Source: Chiloscyllium plagiosum (taxonomy: Eukaryota). From it: DNA of 53,588 bases. Below are positions 49,105 to 53,588 of the stretch, piece after piece. The stretch lies in contig NC_057718.1 of assembly GCF_004010195.1 (NCBI RefSeq), forward strand, positions 56,747,872 to 56,801,459, written 5' to 3'. Within the stretch, counting starts at the first letter, position 1. Every line of letters begins with the position of its first letter. The translations under genes and the position numbers were made by a program. The notes beneath the pieces were generated by a model, which was not told the DNA's origin, searched no databases, and was given only the letters and a program-made list of their open reading frames with translations.

Positions 49105-51554
49105 CTGTAATCACAGTTAATAAATATACTATTGTTTTTATAGATATAAAGTAATATTTTATATAGTCAACTTGGAACATTAAAACTGTAATTTTAAAAA
49201 AAAATCAGTATTTATCAATAATTCTGCTCTGTGGAATAGTAAAGCTTTGCTCCCAAGTTTGCAATCAAAATTCCTTATTTTCTTGCTGATTACTTATGGC
49301 AAATTGAATATGTCAAAGGTAACTCAGCCTGCTATATGCGCTGTAGTGATATCAGATTTTAATTAGGCAGAAAATTAATCTTCAAATTGCTTTCTGAGGA
49401 CTATATTCTATTTACTGCACAAGTCCTTTGAGAACTTAGTTATCAAAGGCTGACATAGCCCACATACCACGGCATTTATTACTTCAACAATGTTGCTAAT
49501 ACACCCTTTATAGTAATATCTAGCTATCATAATAACCAGCAAATAGCTGCAACAAATAAAAAACACTTCTAATCAACTTTTAGCTTTTTAGTTTCAAGAA
49601 AATATTACTCTGTGTTCTGATGGTGAGGCATCACTGCAATTTTGTCTTTCAAATATTCGAATGCTAAATTCCAGTTTGTTGGTAATAAGTAGGCAAAAGT
49701 GTTGATTAACATTTATTATGGATCATTTTCTCTTTATGTAAAGAAACAATTAATAGTAAAAAGACTGCTGAACACAACTTTGGAAACAGTACCACCAAAT
49801 TTGCAAACATCTAAGTGCCTAATGCTATATTGGAGCATAATTTATCAAAAAAACAAACCATTTTAGTTATGTCGGTGCCTCTTCTTGAGCCAAAACTAGT
49901 GAAAGGTCTTAGAGTTTCTAATTTGCATGTCTTGACCAAACATTATTGAATTGTCTTCATATGGTGGTACATTAAGCACATTGCAACACTGTGCTCCAAA
50001 ACAAAATCTGAAGGCCTTGGAGATTCATCAGCAATTTTTGCAGTACTTTAGTATAAGCTGGAGTTTGAAAGTTAAACAAATGAGGAAAGCTTGTGCTCTC
50101 AAGCATCGTATTGAGGGTTTTCATGGCACAAAGACTTCAGAAAGTTCTACTTTTCTGGGCAGGGAAATCTAAAGAGCTAGGTCATCCATTGACAACTCAA
50201 CCAGCAAGTTGAACTGGGGATCAGCCTCCGACAAATATTTTAGTGTCAAACCTGCCTCCACACTCTCAATATGCCCTGCAGCCATTTAATATTTGGACAG
50301 GCATTAATTAACTCAGGGCGAGTGTCAGTTCCCATCTCAGGAAGAAATACCACCTTTGAGAGCTGCAGCTCTCCGTCGTATCAGCATCATCATGAGTACT
50401 GGTCACTGCTCATCCAGTCCTCAGCAGACATTTTCACTTAGACCAGCTGAAGTACACTGGGCGACAGCTTTTGATGAGGCCAGGTCAGAAAGCTGGCCAA
50501 TATAATGCCCCCTGCCCACATGTCAACCCTGGCTCTCAGGGTCTGTGAAATTCTTCCCTACAAGTCAAAGTACCCACTTCACTATTGCCAAATTCATTCT
50601 CCCTGCAAAACATATGTGCATACTGGAATGGGTTAAGGGAAAACACACAAACTATTCATTCTCGATGATCATCTGGATATTACTGGTCAATGTGTTGCTA
50701 CTCTGCCCCTGCAGAAAATTCACAGTATTACATACATATAAACAGATGAATTAGAAACAGCAAGAGGCCATTTGGCCTATTATTGCAAACATCCAGAAGA
50801 ATAATATCTATGTCAATCACTGGTCTCAATAGCAATAGTAAGGCAGCAACTGGGCAAGAGGATTTTGATAGCTTGATGAATGCACACAATCATGGGAAAA
50901 ATTGGGCTGATGGATCAGATTTACACAGGCATGCCTTATTGTCATTTATTCTTTTGATTTAGTTCTCCACCACACAACCACATTGTAATGTGGGCTTATG
51001 ATCTTACCTCAATAATTTTAAAGGCCTACTTCACAGATACAATGGTGGAAATTGAGCGAAACAGAAAAGACTGTTTCTAGATTTGATGAGGTATGCTGAA
51101 TGTAGCGCTGAATGTAGCACTGAATGCAGTCAGTGAATAGAAGCTGCTGCTCTCCCTTCGCAATAGGGAGGAAAAACACACTTATCAAAACCTATGTATT
51201 GCTAGAACTAAGGGATCACCTAATCAGATTAAGAAAGTGAAAAGCTCCAGGTTAGTAACAATATTCTGTAGCACAGCTCGCTCTTCACTATGTTGCTAAT
51301 TGTATTTCATTCAGCATATATTTCTATTCAGAACTTATTCCATTCATTCACACCCAAGTTTCAGCAGGACGGTTGGAAATTGGGGTCCCCTCTAAAACTT
51401 AAATTATTTTAGTATTCCTTATTCAGTATTTACTGGGTAGCATGAGACCTCACTTAACCGTTACAATTGTAGCCTGCCTTCTATAAACATAAAACAAACT
51501 CTGACATGCGAAAACAAAGGAAAGGTCACAAGATTTATTGATGTCATGATGCTT

Positions 51555-52013
51555 GACAACTGAACAATCAGGAACACCACAGGCAACTACCCAGCCAATC
51601 CGACCAAAAAGCACACCATGAACTAAACACATTGATCAGGACTTTGGATCCAGTCCTTCAGAGTTCCCTACGCGTCCTCATACCACGTACTTCGCGTGTA
51701 GGCAACTTCTACTCCCTTCCAAAGATACATAAAGCCAAGATACTAGGGCGTCAGGCAATGAGACCCTGTTTGAGAACCTCTCAGGCTATGTCGAGGGCAT
51801 CTTGAAACCCATTGTACAGAGGACCCACAGTTTCTGTCGTGACACTACAGATTTCTTATAGAAACTCAGCAACCACGGACCAGTCGAACCGGGAACATGC
51901 CTCATCACAACGAACATTTCAGCACTCTACACTAATGACAGTACTGCTGCAACAGCCTCAGTACTCAAAACTAACAACGGCCTATCTCCCAGTACCGTCC
52001 TACAACTCATCCG
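51555..52013 (+). mobile_element. Penelope-like reverse transcriptase fragment
   Basis: LIPRTSRVGNFYSLPKIHKA...ENLSGYVEGILKPIV...FCRDTTDFL...LITTNISALYT matches PLE RT motifs 1, 2 and A (FYxLPKIHK; DVxALYT). Confidence 0.82.
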
Positions 52014-52875
52014 CTTTAAGGTGAGAGGGAAAAGATTTAAAAGAGATCTGAGGGGTAACTTTTCATGCAGAGGGTGGTGCTTGTAAGGAATGAGCTGCCA
52101 GAGGAAGTGGTGGAAGTGTGTACTATTACAACATTTGAAAGGCATCCAAATTTGCATGAAGATGGTTTTCTAAGATGACAAAGGGATCTTGATCAAATGG
52201 GTCAATGGGCTGAAAAATGGCAAATAGAGTTCAATCTGGATAAATGTGAAGTATTGGATTTCAATACAATGAGGTGGTTAGGGCTTATACAATAAATGGT
52301 ACAGCCATGGTTAGTGTTCAAGAACAGAGGGACCTAGGGGTGCAAATTCTTTGAAGTTTGCATCACATACAGACAGGGTGTTAGCCATGCCTTCTTTGCT
52401 CAGTCCTTTGAGTATAGGAGCTGGGAAGTCATGTTGACGCTATATATGACATTGCTGAGGCCTCGTCTGTAGTACTACGTCGAGTTATGATCGCCCAGTT
52501 GTAGGAAAGATATTTAAGCTGGAGAAGTTCAGTAGAGATTTAGCAGAATGTTGCCAGGTATGGAAGATTTGAGTTATAAAGGAAGTTTGGATAGACTGGG
52601 ACTTCTCTCATTGGAGAGGAGGCGGTTGAGAGGTGACCTTATAGAAGTTTATAAAATAATAGGGATATGGATAGCATTAATGGTAATTGCTTTTTCCCCT
52701 AGGATGGGTGGATTTCAAGACTGGAAAATACATTTTTAAGGTGAGAGGAGAGAGCTTTTAAAAAGACATAAAATGCAAATTTTTAATACATTGGACATTC
52801 ATTCCACACGCAAACCAGAGGAAATGGTGGATATTGGTACAATTACAGGATATTTGAATAACTACATGGATAAAA
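52014..52875 (+). mobile_element. Two CR1 LINE 3' fragments
   Basis: MLPGMEDLSYKGSLDRLGLLSLERRRLRGDLIEVYKII, and DQMGQWAEKWQIEFNLDKCEV. Confidence 0.8.
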
Positions 52876-52877
52876 AA

Positions 52878-53480
52878 GTTAAAAATCACACAACACCAGG
52901 TTATAGTCCAATGGGTTTATTTGAAAGCACTAGCTTTCGGAGTGCTGCTCCTTCATCAGTGGTTGTGGAGTACAAGATCGTAGGACACAGAATTTATAGC
53001 AAAAGTTTACAGTGTGAGAAATTATATATTGAAAAAGACCTGGATTGTTTGTTAAGTCTCTCATCTTTTAAAATGGACATGTTGGTTTCAATTCTTTCAT
53101 ATGTAAATCCCAAAACTTTCTTAAAGTTACATTCTCAAGTGAACTTTAACAATAGGTGCCATGTTGGCCCAGATAATGCACTGAGGGTGTGAGGTGCCCT
53201 GTGTGAGAACCCCAAATGTTCTGACTGATTCTAATTTAAAAAAGGGATTTACAGAATCTTACATGGATTCATGATTTGAGCAAAATTCTGCAAGTACAAG
53301 TTCACCCCACAAACTTATGTGCGTGTGTCATGTGAGTGTGCGCACACAGGGGGGCATGAGTTCTGTGAGAGAGTGTACGTATGTGTGTGCTTGTAAAGGG
53401 GTATAAGTCTGTGAGAGGGTGCGTATGAGTGTGAGATAGTGTATGTGTTAGCATACGAGAGAGAGCTTGTGTGTGAGAGG
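52878..53480 (-). mobile_element. Penelope-like terminal repeat (family of 26.3-27.3 kb) with hammerhead motif at ~52927-52963
   Basis: Minus strand CTGATGA A GGAG CAGCA CTCC GAAA GCTA GTG. TTCTGCAAGTACAAGTTCACCCCACAAAC at 53286 mirrors 27275-27304. GT-rich region follows. Confidence 0.78.
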
Positions 53481-53588
53481 GGGTGAGAGTGTATGGGTGA
53501 GGAAGAGTGGGCGAGGGAGGGAGGGCGAGGGAGGGAGGGCGAGGGAAAGAGGGAGAGTGAGGGAAAGAGGGAGTGAGTGAGTGAGTGA
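53480..53588 (+). repeat. Purine-rich low-complexity repeat (GGGCGAGGGAGGGA / GAGT)n
   Basis: Seen directly at the window end. Confidence 0.85.

Noticed and set aside
51095..51140. Three to four copies of a 12-bp unit GCTGAATGTAGC
   Set aside because: A short decaying tandem duplication with no sign of function.

Overview
Eukaryotic (vertebrate) genomic DNA. The repeat content (HE1/V-SINEs, HER1-like CR1 LINEs, Penelope-like elements) points to a cartilaginous fish such as a shark; this is an inference. The whole window lies inside one minus-strand gene, CCDC88A (Girdin/GIV). Five consecutive coiled-coil coding exons (177, 162, 278, 144 and 187 bp; 948 bp = 316 codons) splice in frame with GT-AG boundaries. 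Almost everything else is intronic transposon debris: many CR1 LINE pieces, a second LINE family with a partner SINE, several tRNA-derived SINEs, a decayed Ty3/Gypsy element, a decayed Gmr1-type Gypsy (integrase before RT), a 5'-truncated Tx1-clade LINE, a TA-flanked MITE, and at least four Penelope-like families. Two things stand out. (1) One ~14-bp site in the Gypsy LTR was opened repeatedly. It holds a polyadenylated mRNA-3'UTR-like fragment, a Tx1 LINE and a diverged copy of the LTR target itself, which suggests an LTR-targeting Tx1 system that also mobilises cellular RNA. (2) Minimal hammerhead ribozyme cores (CUGANGA...GAAA with palindromic helix III) occur in Penelope repeats, several inside long fold-back insertions with target-site duplications. 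There is a 500-N assembly gap at 25773-26272. Most entries in the ORF track are spurious or transposon fragments. Repeat boundaries are approximate unless a TSD is given.
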